From Psammoneis japonica (Eukaryota): a stretch of DNA of 64,000 nucleotides. Under the pieces are notes generated by a model. The model saw nothing but the letters and a program-made list of their open reading frames with translations, did no database searches and was not told the origin of the DNA. Location: positions 186,001 to 250,000 of the forward strand of contig QPGO01000059.1 of assembly GCA_008632985.1 (NCBI GenBank), in the 5' to 3' direction. This document shows positions 24,271 through 34,593 of this stretch, piece after piece; the stretch's first letter is position 1; every line of letters starts with the position of its first letter. A program made the translations under genes and the position numbers.

Positions 24271-24666
24271 GACGGGTTCCAGTCCTAGGTGGGACTTTTT
24301 GTGACATTGGGCCCGTAGAATTCTACGTGCGAGCTCCGTAGTGAAATTATTAAGCAATGAATATATGAATGATCGCCAACAGAAAAAGAGGCAATTTTGC
24401 GAACGTATCTCCTCCTCCACACTTGAAGTACATTCTTTACAGTATGCCCGGGTATATTCTTTAGACATTAAAGAATATACCCAGCGCATTTTTATTGACA
24501 TAAGTGCAGATAACAGAAAGCCTTTGGCTTCGCAAAACAGGCAGTGTGGAACAATTTTTTATAATAGAACACGTAGAAATGTACGTGCGAAACATACGAC
24601 GGATGATAAAACATAATTATGTCACAGTTCAGCAGTACGAGGTCCCACCTAGAGCTGGAACACGTC
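24271..24666 (+). mobile_element. 396-bp MITE, copy A (TpA intact)
   Basis: TIRs GACGGGTTCCAGTCCTAGGTGGGAC and GTCCCACCTAGAGCTGGAACACGTC; 4-bp TSD TCAT/TCAT. Absent from Gypsy copy 1 at about 6405. Confidence 0.9.
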
Positions 24667-24893
24667 TCATCTCATCCACAGCCCAAATCAGTTGTTTGTG
24701 GCAATGGATTGGAGCTCACGTCTGAGTTCACAGACCTGCTCAACAGCCACAGAGTTGAGTCCAAGTGCCTGCAACAATTGATGGCTCAACTGTTGACAGC
24801 ATGCTTCAGCAATCTGTTGCTTGGGCCCTGTGTGCCAGCGTGAAGGCGGTGCACCAGCCATTGTGTCTGCCCCACTGCTCAGCTGGTTGCTTG

Positions 24894-25793
24894 CCAGACT
24901 CAGGCGGTGTGCACAAGAGCAAAAAAGTGCTGTTTTTGCATGAAATGCACAGCCCAAACTTGTGACACAATTGGCTGATGGCAAAAAAGCACAGACAACA
25001 ACATGTCAAGACAGGAAAACATGCAGAGAAAGGTGTTGTGCGTGTGCCTGCATCAGTGTTTCTGAAGATTTATCAGGTTCGTCATTGCGAAATGGTGCCA
25101 CAAGATGAAAGCTCAATTTTTCCTTGAGAGCAACTTGTGCTCACATCCATGCACTTGCACAAAACACACACGAGTGTTCTTTCACACAAATGCGATCATG
25201 CAACATGAATCATGCCAAACAACTCTTGTGACACAGGCTCGCAATTGTGACTCAATGGCTTTGTCTGCATGTGCGTTGAGCAATGAACTGTGTGACAGTC
25301 TGGTCAAGAAAATTGTTGGTGCCACAACGGCGTTAACTTTGGACCCTTTCATGCTGTTTTCTCAATGTCAATGACTGAGAATCCTGCACCAGTCGACAAT
25401 TGGGAAATGGCTCGCGTGACAAAGGAAAAGAGATGGTCTTCCTCAGCATCAAGCCGGGGGCAAAGCAAGGCTGGCTGTTGCCTGTGAAAGCTGCAGTCAC
25501 CATGGTGAAGTGCAAATGTGTGCCACAGACTGCAACAATTGTTTTTCATCATGCACGGCTAATTTGTCAACTGTGTCGAATGACGCGGTCCTCATGGTGC
25601 CCTTCGATTTTTTTATGAGGCCAAAAAGGGGGGCCACCATGGCTGCTGAAAGCCATGGCTGTTTTTGTTTCTGTTTTTCTTGTTCATTGGAGCTGAAGTG
25701 ATGAGCACAATGTTTGCAACTCAAACATTTTTGACATCATGAAAAGCTTTAATTTTTCGCGAAAACGGGCATGTGCGTGCCACCCAAGTCTGG
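24894..25793. mobile_element. About 900-bp non-autonomous TIR element (possibly hAT-derived)
   Basis: Imperfect TIRs CCAGACTCAGGCGGTGTGCACA and TGTGCGTGCCACCCAAGTCTGG interrupt the Gypsy integrase QLVF codons. No clean TSD. Confidence 0.6.
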
Positions 25794-26440
25794 TTTTCAG
25801 TTGTGACATGGTCATTTCCATGACGCATCTGACCAGCTGGAAATTTGTCAACAAGCATTGCACTCAAAATGTCCCATGCAACAATGCGTGTGAAAATGCC
25901 GGCCGCTTGCCCCGTGGCTCTGCAAAGTCGTCGACGAGGTCTGCTCAACCACCCCGCCCAGAGTGTCCAGCCAACGCATGTTGAGCCCTGGGGAGGGTCC
26001 TTTTCACATGATGGTGCAGTCACCATCCAGTGCTCTCCTGATGTTGCTGAACGGACCGACGTCCGTCGACCTCACCCTGTCTTCTAGCCAGAGCCTGCCC
26101 AGTTTAGTTGGAAAAGCGAGTGCCCCGTGGGGGGTGTGTGTCTGTCCGTGTGCGTGTTCTGTCCGTGTTTCCCAGTGATTTTCAGAATGTTTCTCCGTGT
26201 TTTCAATAAGTCATTTGCGTGTAATAAGTCTTTTCAATGACTTATTATGTGTCATGGTTCGGTTTCTGATCACTTCTAAGTAGGCCCTACTACGTTCTAC
26301 ATGAGTCATTCATTCTACGAGACCTGGAGATCGGTCTCACAAATTCGAGCATTTAACAGAACAACTACTACATTATCAGCTATCACTTGGCGCCATTGGG
26401 CAGTGTCACAATCGAGTTCGAATTATGTGATCAAGAAGCC

Positions 26441-26971
26441 ATGCTTTTCGTGCAACTTTTATTACCACTCTTTCTAATTTTATGGACCCTACCGGTGTCG
26501 CTACAAGCCACCATCCGAGCAGTCGCCGAGGCTGACACAACCCAGTGTGCGACGTGTGCTCTGCCCGCCGAAAGTGGTCTCTGTCTTGCTAATTTTCGGG
26601 CTTGGTTCTTTTCCTCGACAACAGGATTGTGTGAATCTTTTGTATATGGCGGATGCGGCGGTAATGAGAACCGATACGAAACCAAAGAAGCCTGTAAAAG
26701 CAACAATTGTCTAGCATGTCCCGACATTCATTGCATGGTGTGTGCCCTCCCTCCCCAAAGGGGTTTTTGCAAAGCTTACAAACCCAAGTGGTACTACGAC
26801 CCCACCACGCTTTCCTGTCAAGAGTTTGTCTGGGGCGGGTGCGAAGTTGGGAGCAATGCCAATCGGTTTGATTCGCAAGCAGACTGCGAAGCTTTTGGTT
26901 GCAGGAGTTGCAATCCAGAGATTCAGTGCTTTTGCACACGGGGACCAATCGTCAAAATCCAGTCCATTTAG
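26441..26971 (+). CDS. Secreted two-domain Kunitz/BPTI protease inhibitor, copy C
   Basis: Signal peptide plus two Kunitz domains. Confidence 0.9.
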   Translation: MLFVQLLLPLFLILWTLPVSLQATIRAVAEADTTQCATCALPAESGLCLANFRAWFFSSTTGLCESFVYGGCGGNENRYETKEACKSNNCLACPDIHCMVCALPPQRGFCKAYKPKWYYDPTTLSCQEFVWGGCEVGSNANRFDSQADCEAFGCRSCNPEIQCFCTRGPIVKIQSI

Positions 26972-27933
26972 CGTTGCATTGTAGATTACAATCGTTTTAG
27001 TTCAGAAGAGTTTTATTTTCCCTTTTTGCACCCTTTTTAGTGCCTCGAAAGCAACACGGAAACCGCTCTTACGCTCCCCTGCACAATTCATAGAACAACT
27101 CATGCACGGGACTCTTGATCATTCTTCCCCCAATTGGTCAAGGGGGTAGAGCTAGGACTCTGGGTACGCGGCAAACTACAGTACGAATATTCGACTTTTC
27201 CTTGGGGTGCTTCCAACCGAACTTGACGCACAGGGCAAACAAGTCGATATCACCCGCGCTGTTTCATTATGACGACACTGACAAGCTGCACAATCGAGCA
27301 ACAGTTTGTTCCCGGATACAAGAAGAGCCTTTCTTCCCGTTCCTTTTCGAGCAAGAAAACCACTTACAGGCTTGAACGCGTCTTCATTCTGGAGAGTAGC
27401 TTGACTATTTATCGAAGCATGAGTTCGCAGTTTACACTTGATGACACTCTCAAAAATATTGAGTAAACGGAACTTCCTCGTGGTTCACGCCCGCCCCAGT
27501 TTCGCTAATCAAAACGAAAGCCACAGCTGACTTTGTTAAACGTGTGAGTGTATGTTTCAGACGCTTCAATCATATCTCGTCCTCGTACTTGACACAAGCG
27601 ACCCAGCAGCTGTGCGGACGCAAAATAATTGATGGCTGTGGAAGCACATTACTTGAGAAACGCCGTCTCCACCTCGAACGTTTCCCGGACGAATAGGTGC
27701 ATGCGAGGTTTCCTTCAGCTCCCAAGCCCGTATTCTCCGTTAGGTCACTGTTAGAGGGAGTCGCCGTGTTGTCATTTGGCGCATTGGTCCTCACCTCGTA
27801 TCGTGAATTTTCACAGATAGTGCTGGTAGTGGCTGCTGTTGTACTCTCTCGGATCGCTCTCGATCGTACAGAGAACTTTTTGCAAGAACCTGGCGGTGTT
27901 CGACACCATAATTCTTCCGTTCATTTTCATCCA

Positions 27934-29037
27934 TCAAGATTTATCGACCGCTAGGCTAAGGTTACAACGGTTTCTGCGTTTGGACCGTTTTGATGGTCGC
28001 TCCCACCACGCCACGTAGGCACTTGAGGGCTTCGTATACTCCTTTTCTTTAAAGTCGCTGTCGAGTCGTCCCCGTTGACGTGCTTTTAAAAAAAGCGCAA
28101 GTTGCTTCTTTTGTCTCTTGTCCAGACGTGGCGGTCCACGAATCTGGAGTTGGTCACTAGCATCTTGATGGTTGCTACTGCCACGATAGCCATGGCTGTA
28201 CAAGTTTGAAACATAGTCCGCGACAAAAGAAGAATCGCTCAGTTCCAACGAAGCGCCGCTGTCGTCTCTCTGAATGAATGCTCGTCTCATGGTCTCTGCC
28301 AAGACTATTCTATGCCATGTCTGTTCTCGACGGGGATGGTATCGTGGGTGGTGGCGTAATCTTGCATGGCGACTCACTTGCACTTGAACCTCCTCCAATG
28401 CCTCTTGCGCGGCTTGCAGAAAAGCATCACTCATAATAACGTCTGCGCTATTCGTTTGATTCAGCATGGATACAAATTTTGTCGAGCTCATGAACAACGG
28501 TGAGTCTCGGGTTTTTGCCTTTGCCTTGTTGTTGTCAAGGATGGAACCACTTCCTCGTACAGCCTCACGTCGGATACGCTGCAACAACTCCACGTCGTTT
28601 GTCACAATACCCAGAGATGACCACTTTGCATCCGAACAAATTCGACTGGATTCCTTGACAATGACATCGTCAGCCGTTTGACTCAAGCCTGCAAATACCA
28701 CGACCAATTGTGAATTGTATACAAACGCTTGTCGCTCTGTCCCGTGATCCAATACCAAAACAATGTTTAAACACTTCGACATGTGCATGGAGAAATCCTT
28801 CAAAATGTGAAGCAGTTGAGCTTGAGACCATTCGAAATTGTTGGCTCCACGAACATTATTACCGTCAACAAGCAGTACTAAGGGACTCTTTTCCGTGTTG
28901 TGCTGCTGTACCCAATCATGAAAGATTTCATTGTTCGTCTTTTTTGCCGTCTTGTGCAGCAGCGGCGGAACACCCATCAAAAGAAGACAAGCACTCTCAA
29001 TCGTCATGATAAAGAGCACAAAAAGCATCGTTCTCAT
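27934..29037 (-). CDS. NYN/YacP-like PIN-fold nuclease with N-terminal signal peptide
   Basis: 367-aa ORF with acidic motifs VDGNN, LDHG, TADD and VTND. Confidence 0.75.
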   Translation of the reverse strand: MRTMLFVLFIMTIESACLLLMGVPPLLHKTAKKTNNEIFHDWVQQHNTEKSPLVLLVDGNNVRGANNFEWSQAQLLHILKDFSMHMSKCLNIVLVLDHGTERQAFVYNSQLVVVFAGLSQTADDVIVKESSRICSDAKWSSLGIVTNDVELLQRIRREAVRGSGSILDNNKAKAKTRDSPLFMSSTKFVSMLNQTNSADVIMSDAFLQAAQEALEEVQVQVSRHARLRHHPRYHPRREQTWHRIVLAETMRRAFIQRDDSGASLELSDSSFVADYVSNLYSHGYRGSSNHQDASDQLQIRGPPRLDKRQKKQLALFLKARQRGRLDSDFKEKEYTKPSSAYVAWWERPSKRSKRRNRCNLSLAVDKS

Positions 29038-30175
29038 TGCGATGAAACAACTTTTTTATCGGGCGCAAGGAAAGAAGTTGTAGAAGGAACGTAGTTGTTG
29101 CTGTAGTTCGACGCAATGGGAAACGTATAGCAGCAACGGCAACGGCTGGCATGTCATGGCGTTGATGCGTGCAACGTGCAACGGCGCTTGATTCCAAAAT
29201 TTCAAATTCCTCCATCCAACAACGTTTGACTCATTCGACTCGTTTCCAAATCCGACCCCCCGCAACTCTTGCACATCATGTGGAATGTTTCCAGGCTTCC
29301 AACGGCGATGATGAAGGCACTTGGAAAGGGCTACCTACAATGAAGACAGCACAAAAAAGAGATAAACCACATTACTACAGTGACCAGTGCCTTGGAAAAG
29401 GGCACAACCGGAAGCTTCGTTTCAACCCAGGTTGTTTCGACGTTTGTCTCACCCGAATGCCAAGCTCTTGCTCAAACTGTTGTGCAAAGGCCAAGTTGAT
29501 GTGTGGAATCCTCTGGCGGGTGTAGAGGAATGGCAGTTTGGTATCCAAACCATGTTGCATATAAAGACTCGAGAAAATTGATTTCTATTCTTTCATTTGC
29601 AGCTGAGAATATAGCAAACGCACGGGATTGCATTTCTTAACATGAGTACTCCTAAATCTAAATGTTCCAGGTACAGATGGCACGCAATCGAGCGGAAGCC
29701 ACAACTACTATACCTATAAACATGGGCCGTAGTGCGCATGCAAGCAGCACAGGTTTGACTTGTGACCAAATTAGTTTCAGATCGCGAACGAGTGAGAGAA
29801 CTGGAGAGAGCAACGCACTTTCGTTTTGATCGCAAACCTGAAGCGAGACAAGCGCGATACGAAAACATGCATGCAAGACTAGCAAGAAATAATGCGCAAC
29901 GGGTATCTATATTATTATGTATCATGTATCTTTTCTAAAAATCCGCTCTTGTCGACGCATTACAAAAAACTCGTCCAAGCCCATCCATCAAGAGCGATCG
30001 ATGGCTTTGTCGTTTTGGTTTGCATTGTTGTTGTTTTTGCATGGCTTTTCTCAATTTGTTCGAATCAAGTTGTGGTTGTTGTTTTTGGTACATGGGTGGT
30101 GATTCATCAAAGACCGCCACGACTCGTGGTGAATTTTGTAGTCTTGTTGCTTCTTCTTGTTCATCATCATTGCCA

Positions 30176-30667
30176 TCATGGCATCACTTGCTGCCAAGGC
30201 AATGGCTTGATTTCGTTGTGACGTTGTCGTAGTTCTGATATTTTTCGCAAGGCTTCGACATTGACTTTACCGTAACGTTTGATTTGTCGTTCTTGTTCTT
30301 GCAATACCGCGTGAATGGCATTGAATCGAGTTTTATTGCAAGACTGTCCCTCTTTGTAATTTCTCATGCCCTTTTCCAATCCTCGTGTACAAACGCATGT
30401 TGCATCATCTTTAGTAGAGGAAGCACGCACAATGGTTTCCAGATTGGCTTGCTTGATTGCGGCGTATTCGGATTTATCATACCAACATTCCTTCTTTTTG
30501 TAAAGAGTATGTTTTGACTTGATGACATCGACTGTGTTTTGAAAGGAAACCGAACGGCGTTTCGTGACTGGAATCATTACTTCGACCGATTCTTCGTCGT
30601 TGTGCGAAGAAAAGGAGTAGGTGCGTGCCATGCTGACGGCATCAATGTGAAAAGCTCGTGGAGGCAT
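30176..30667 (-). CDS. Diatom-type hypothetical protein
   Basis: Motifs RRSVSF...ECWY...CTRGLE...AVLQEQERQ, shared with 46780-47538. Likely start MPPRAF. Confidence 0.65.
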   Translation of the reverse strand: MPPRAFHIDAVSMARTYSFSSHNDEESVEVMIPVTKRRSVSFQNTVDVIKSKHTLYKKKECWYDKSEYAAIKQANLETIVRASSTKDDATCVCTRGLEKGMRNYKEGQSCNKTRFNAIHAVLQEQERQIKRYGKVNVEALRKISELRQRHNEIKPLPWQQVMP

Positions 30668-31295
30668 GATGAGAATTATGTAAAACAAAGAAGAAGAGAG
30701 AGAGAGTCTTGATGTGCAGCTTGTTGTTGGCAAGGAGGTATGCTTCTCTCTTGACAGATTGTTCTTTTTTGTTGTTCGCCGCAAGGAGATTGTGAAGAGG
30801 AATTCAAGTGGTTGAAGGATGGGAGTTCGCGTGTCGGAGGCAAGTTGACGCTTCCCGCCAAGATCGGCGAGCGACCCTATCATAGGAATTCCTACATAAT
30901 TGAAGATTGTATTTGAATTGGTACGATTCAAATCCATTCTTGGAACCGAAGTGTCCTTATCAGTCACGAGACGAATCTTTCGGATCCATTCGTTCAAGAT
31001 TGGTACTACTCTCAGTATTCTCGTACAGCAAACGTGACGCAATACCGTATTCGTGAACGCTGGGAAGTGAAAAATTTCGCGCACCTCTGCCGTTGAGTCG
31101 CGCATCGAAATGGCCTGTCCATCACACCCATCGGGAGCACACGCGTCCACACAAAATCGAAAAAACCCCCGACGTTGTTTGTGTTTATCGTCGTTCTTAT
31201 TCGAATTCGTTCTCATACTCATCTTCTTTTCTCTGTCGCTAATAACAAAGACAACAACAGCCATTCTACCCTAACTTTGCAACATCAACAAAACC

Positions 31296-32201
31296 ATGTC
31301 TCGCTCACCAACAATTTTCTCTCGATTACGCCAAGGCCTCGCCTTGGCACTCCGCGAAACGGGTCAGGCCTTGGATCGGGTCGGTTTGCGTGGTCTCGAA
31401 CACTCGTTACAGAGACAAGCACCGACACCGATTGGCAATGATTATCCGTACAAATTTCAAGATCACTTGTCACGACATCGCAATGTCTTTCCCTTGTTGC
31501 ATCGGGGAAGTCCCAAAATTCATCCTCAAGTCGCCTACGTTGCACCGTGTTCAACTCTGATTGGGTCGGTACAAATTGGTGCCAATAGCTCTATTTGGTA
31601 CAAGGCGATTTTGCGTGGTGATTCTTGTGTCAATGGGAGAAATCATTCTCAACAAGAAGAAGAACCATGGGAATTGGAAGAAGAGTTTGATTTTGATGAG
31701 CCACTGAACAATCGTGGTGGAGGTATTTTTATCGGCGAGGATTCCAACATTCAAGACGGATGCATCGTCACGTCTCGTCAAGATCATACACAAATTGGCA
31801 AGGGTGTCACGGTGGGACATTTGGCACAAGTTCATTCGGCAACCATTCAAGATTATTCACTCATTGGAATGGGAAGTATTGTTTTGGAGGGTGCAGTCGT
31901 TGAAACGGAAGCCTTTGTGGCGGCGGGTGCCGTGGTGGGACCCAACACGACGGTTCCGTCGCACGAATTGTGGGTTGGACAACCGGCACGAAAGCTAAGG
32001 AACTTGACGGAAAAGGAAATTCAACATTTGCATTATCAATCGAGTGAATACGTCAAGGTGGCCAAGGGACAGACACAAGTCATGGAGTTGGGTGGAAACA
32101 TGCCGGAATCGCTCTTGGAGCACTTGTCACTACCGGCTGGTGCTGACAATAATTCTGAATTACAGCATGTCCTGTTGCAACGGATCAGAGAGAAGAAGTA
32201 A
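31296..32201 (+). CDS. Gamma carbonic anhydrase, mitochondrial complex-I-associated type
   Basis: GLALALRETGQALDRVG, SRHR, hexapeptide repeats, SSIW..AILRGD, SNIQDG, VTVGH and LWVGQPARKLR. Confidence 0.9.
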   Translation: MSRSPTIFSRLRQGLALALRETGQALDRVGLRGLEHSLQRQAPTPIGNDYPYKFQDHLSRHRNVFPLLHRGSPKIHPQVAYVAPCSTLIGSVQIGANSSIWYKAILRGDSCVNGRNHSQQEEEPWELEEEFDFDEPLNNRGGGIFIGEDSNIQDGCIVTSRQDHTQIGKGVTVGHLAQVHSATIQDYSLIGMGSIVLEGAVVETEAFVAAGAVVGPNTTVPSHELWVGQPARKLRNLTEKEIQHLHYQSSEYVKVAKGQTQVMELGGNMPESLLEHLSLPAGADNNSELQHVLLQRIREKK

Positions 32202-32419
32202 AAAGAAGCAACAAGAGGAAACACAACAAAAGAATCACTCAGTCCGAGTAAGGAAGATACAGAGTCGGCAAGAGAAGAAGATGACGAAAGAGTCCCAGAG
32301 CGTATGGCTAGTAAAGCGGCATGATTGAGTTCTATACTGATTTGTCTTCAGGCTACTACTTAGAGATTCTTGTGCAGCAACGCTGCGTCTTTATATTCGC
32401 CATGTCATGACATTCGGGA

Positions 32420-32710
32420 AAAGAAATTGGGCAGTTGCATTACCAATGTAGTGAATACGTCAAGGTGGGAGGCACCATGCCGGAATCATCGCTCTTGGAG
32501 TGCTTGTCACTGCCGGCTGGTGAGTACTGAATTACCTTGTGATCGTGTTGCAAAGATCAGAGAGAAGGAAAAGCAGAGATGCAAAAGCAGCCACAACGAG
32601 ATGAATCACTCAGTCCGAGTAAGAAACATAGGGCCCTACAGAGTCCGAAGAGCGTATGGCTAGTAAAGCGGCATGATTGAGTCTATACTGATATTCTTTC
32701 AGGCTACTAC
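32420..32710 (+). repeat. Degenerate duplicate of the gamma-CA 3' end and 3' flank
   Basis: GTGAATACGTCAAGGTGG and GAGCGTATGGCTAGTAAAGCGGCATGATTGAGT recur from 32043-32360. Confidence 0.75.
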
Positions 32711-32721
32711 TACTACTATTT

Positions 32722-33330
32722 CGGGATACTTGTACAGTAACGACCAAAGTCATAACAACTACACAAATTCGTCATTCATTAATTTTTCATTGCCTGGCTG
32801 TGTTCCTTCTTGTGACATGACCACCGATGGCGTTGACACTCTCTGCCACAATACAGGTCGAGCTTGCAAGGGCACATCTTTTTCGCACCAGTAGTCTCGT
32901 GGCACACTATGCAACGCTTTTCTTCGATATAGTACTTTCTGAGTAGTTCATAGACCGGTTTGTGAGCTTTTGAACGTTGGAAGGTCAAGTGGCTGAAACA
33001 CAAATCCATCGGCGTGCCCAGATACTTGTACAGCAACGACTGCGTCTTCACATTTGCAATGCCATAACAACTACATGAATTCAGCATTCATTACTTGTTC
33101 GTTTCCTTGTTGTGTTCCTTCTTGTGGTAAGACCACCGATGACGTTGGCACTCTCTGCCACAGTACAGGTCAAGCTTATACAAGGGCACATCTTTTTCGC
33201 ACCAGTCTCGTGGCACACTATGCAAAACTTTTCCTCGATACAGTGTAACACTTTCTGAAAGCTCGTAGACCGGTTTGTGAGCTTTGGAACTTGTCCTTCA
33301 GACACATACCATCGGCGTTCTCAGATACTT
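32722..33330 (-). repeat. Two tandem ~300-bp partial copies of the MYND-finger 3' end of the adjacent gene
   Basis: GATACTTGTACAG(T/C)AACGAC marks units at about 32726, 33021 and 33323. The peptide CIVCHE.GAKK.CPC recurs. Confidence 0.8.
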
Positions 33331-33393
33331 GTACAGCAACGACTGCGTCTTCACGTTCGCAGTGCCATAACAACCACATGACTTCACCATTCA

Positions 33394-34593
33394 TTACTTG
33401 TTCATTGCCTTGTTATTGTGTTCCTTCTTGTGGTAAGACCACCGACGACGTTGACACTCTCTGCCACAATACAGGTCTAGCTTGCAAGGACAACTCTTTT
33501 TCGCACCAGTCTCGTGGCACACTATGCAACGCTTTTCTTCGATATAGTACTTTCTGAGTAGTTCATAGACAGGTTTGTGAGCTTTTGAACGTTCGAAGGA
33601 CAAGTGGCTGAAACACAAATCCATCGGCGTGCTCCCATCCTTTCCTCTTACATCCAATGGAGCGCCAGCTCGATAGAGCATTTCAATAATTTCCGTATGG
33701 CATTGAACTACAGCAAAGTGAAGCGGTGTCCCTCCAATTTTGCTGTCTCTGAGACTTGGGTCCGCCCCGAGCTCTAGAAGCACACGAACGCACTCTGAGT
33801 GGCCGTGTTGAGCTGCCAACAATAACGGCGGTGAATTCGTACCATTGCCGCTCGACTCTTGGCTCTTTTTCCACTCGGGTCGAGCCTTGTGGACACCATC
33901 CACAAAGCAACCCAGCTCTGCCAATGCTCGAACCACATTGTGCTGTCCATCCGTGGCGGCGTGTGTAAGGAGAATTCGGCGCTCGGCGAAATCGAGAACG
34001 TCTTGTCGAGGTTTTCTCGAGGCAACTTCTCGAATCATGTCCGTGTCATTAGCCTTACAGGCATTGTTCAGATTGGTCCTCCATCCCCAGAGCTGAGTGG
34101 AACGGTAACCATACTTGAGTTCGTTCTTGGTTGGTCCCCGCACATACCAAGAATACGGAAAGTCCTCATCGGGGTGGTCCAATTTTGGATCCCATCCGTC
34201 GGGAAAGGATTCCTTTTTCTCATTCACATATGCTACTTTTTTGTTTCCAATCCGTTGTGCAGTGCTGATGCAGACCTTGCGGAGCCGTTCCTCGTCCTCT
34301 TGATGTCTCATAGCTTTTTCCATTCTCCTAACGCGTTTGGTATCTTGCTTGCCCGTCGTTTTGGGGCAAAAGAATTCACGATTGGCCCAGACCACCATTG
34401 CATCTGCAGTGTTGAGCTCTTTGATTCCCATTCGCTTCAAATAATGCCGTGCCCTGTTCATCAAGCCTTGGTTCTTGAAATAGATTCTGGTTGGACGTGC
34501 TGGGATGACAGTGATCCCAGGCATGCACCCATCTGCCGGAGAAAGGCATGCCCGAGTGATGGCACCTAGTGGCACTGGGAGCTCGTCATCCAT
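33394..34593 (-). CDS. Ankyrin-repeat and MYND zinc finger protein
   Basis: PLLLAAQHGHSECVRVLLELGAD and GGTPLHFAV ankyrin repeats; CIVC...CPCK...YCGRECQRRRW..HKKEH MYND finger. Confidence 0.85.
   Translation of the reverse strand: MDDELPVPLGAITRACLSPADGCMPGITVIPARPTRIYFKNQGLMNRARHYLKRMGIKELNTADAMVVWANREFFCPKTTGKQDTKRVRRMEKAMRHQEDEERLRKVCISTAQRIGNKKVAYVNEKKESFPDGWDPKLDHPDEDFPYSWYVRGPTKNELKYGYRSTQLWGWRTNLNNACKANDTDMIREVASRKPRQDVLDFAERRILLTHAATDGQHNVVRALAELGCFVDGVHKARPEWKKSQESSGNGTNSPPLLLAAQHGHSECVRVLLELGADPSLRDSKIGGTPLHFAVVQCHTEIIEMLYRAGAPLDVRGKDGSTPMDLCFSHLSFERSKAHKPVYELLRKYYIEEKRCIVCHETGAKKSCPCKLDLYCGRECQRRRWSYHKKEHNNKAMNK

Larger units (their letters stand above)
22855..26301 (+). mobile_element. 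Decayed Ty3/Gypsy LTR retrotransposon, copy 2, with nested insertions
   Basis: Collinear with 4510-6710 and 17864-18413. Internal deletion, internal tandem duplication (about 23490-23745 and 23755-24000), and LTR at 26121-26301. Confidence 0.85.

Noticed and set aside
4000..26100. Classical RIP or CpG deamination as the sole cause of the TG/CA excess
   Set aside because: RIP increases TpA, and here TpA is lost. CpG is retained in the 6712-17863 element while TpA is gone, and the MITE alignment shows TA>TG/CA directly.
30668..31264. N-terminal ~200 aa of the 362-aa minus-strand ORF
   Set aside because: Reads like 5' UTR or divergent-promoter sequence. Family motifs begin only after MPPRAF at 30667.
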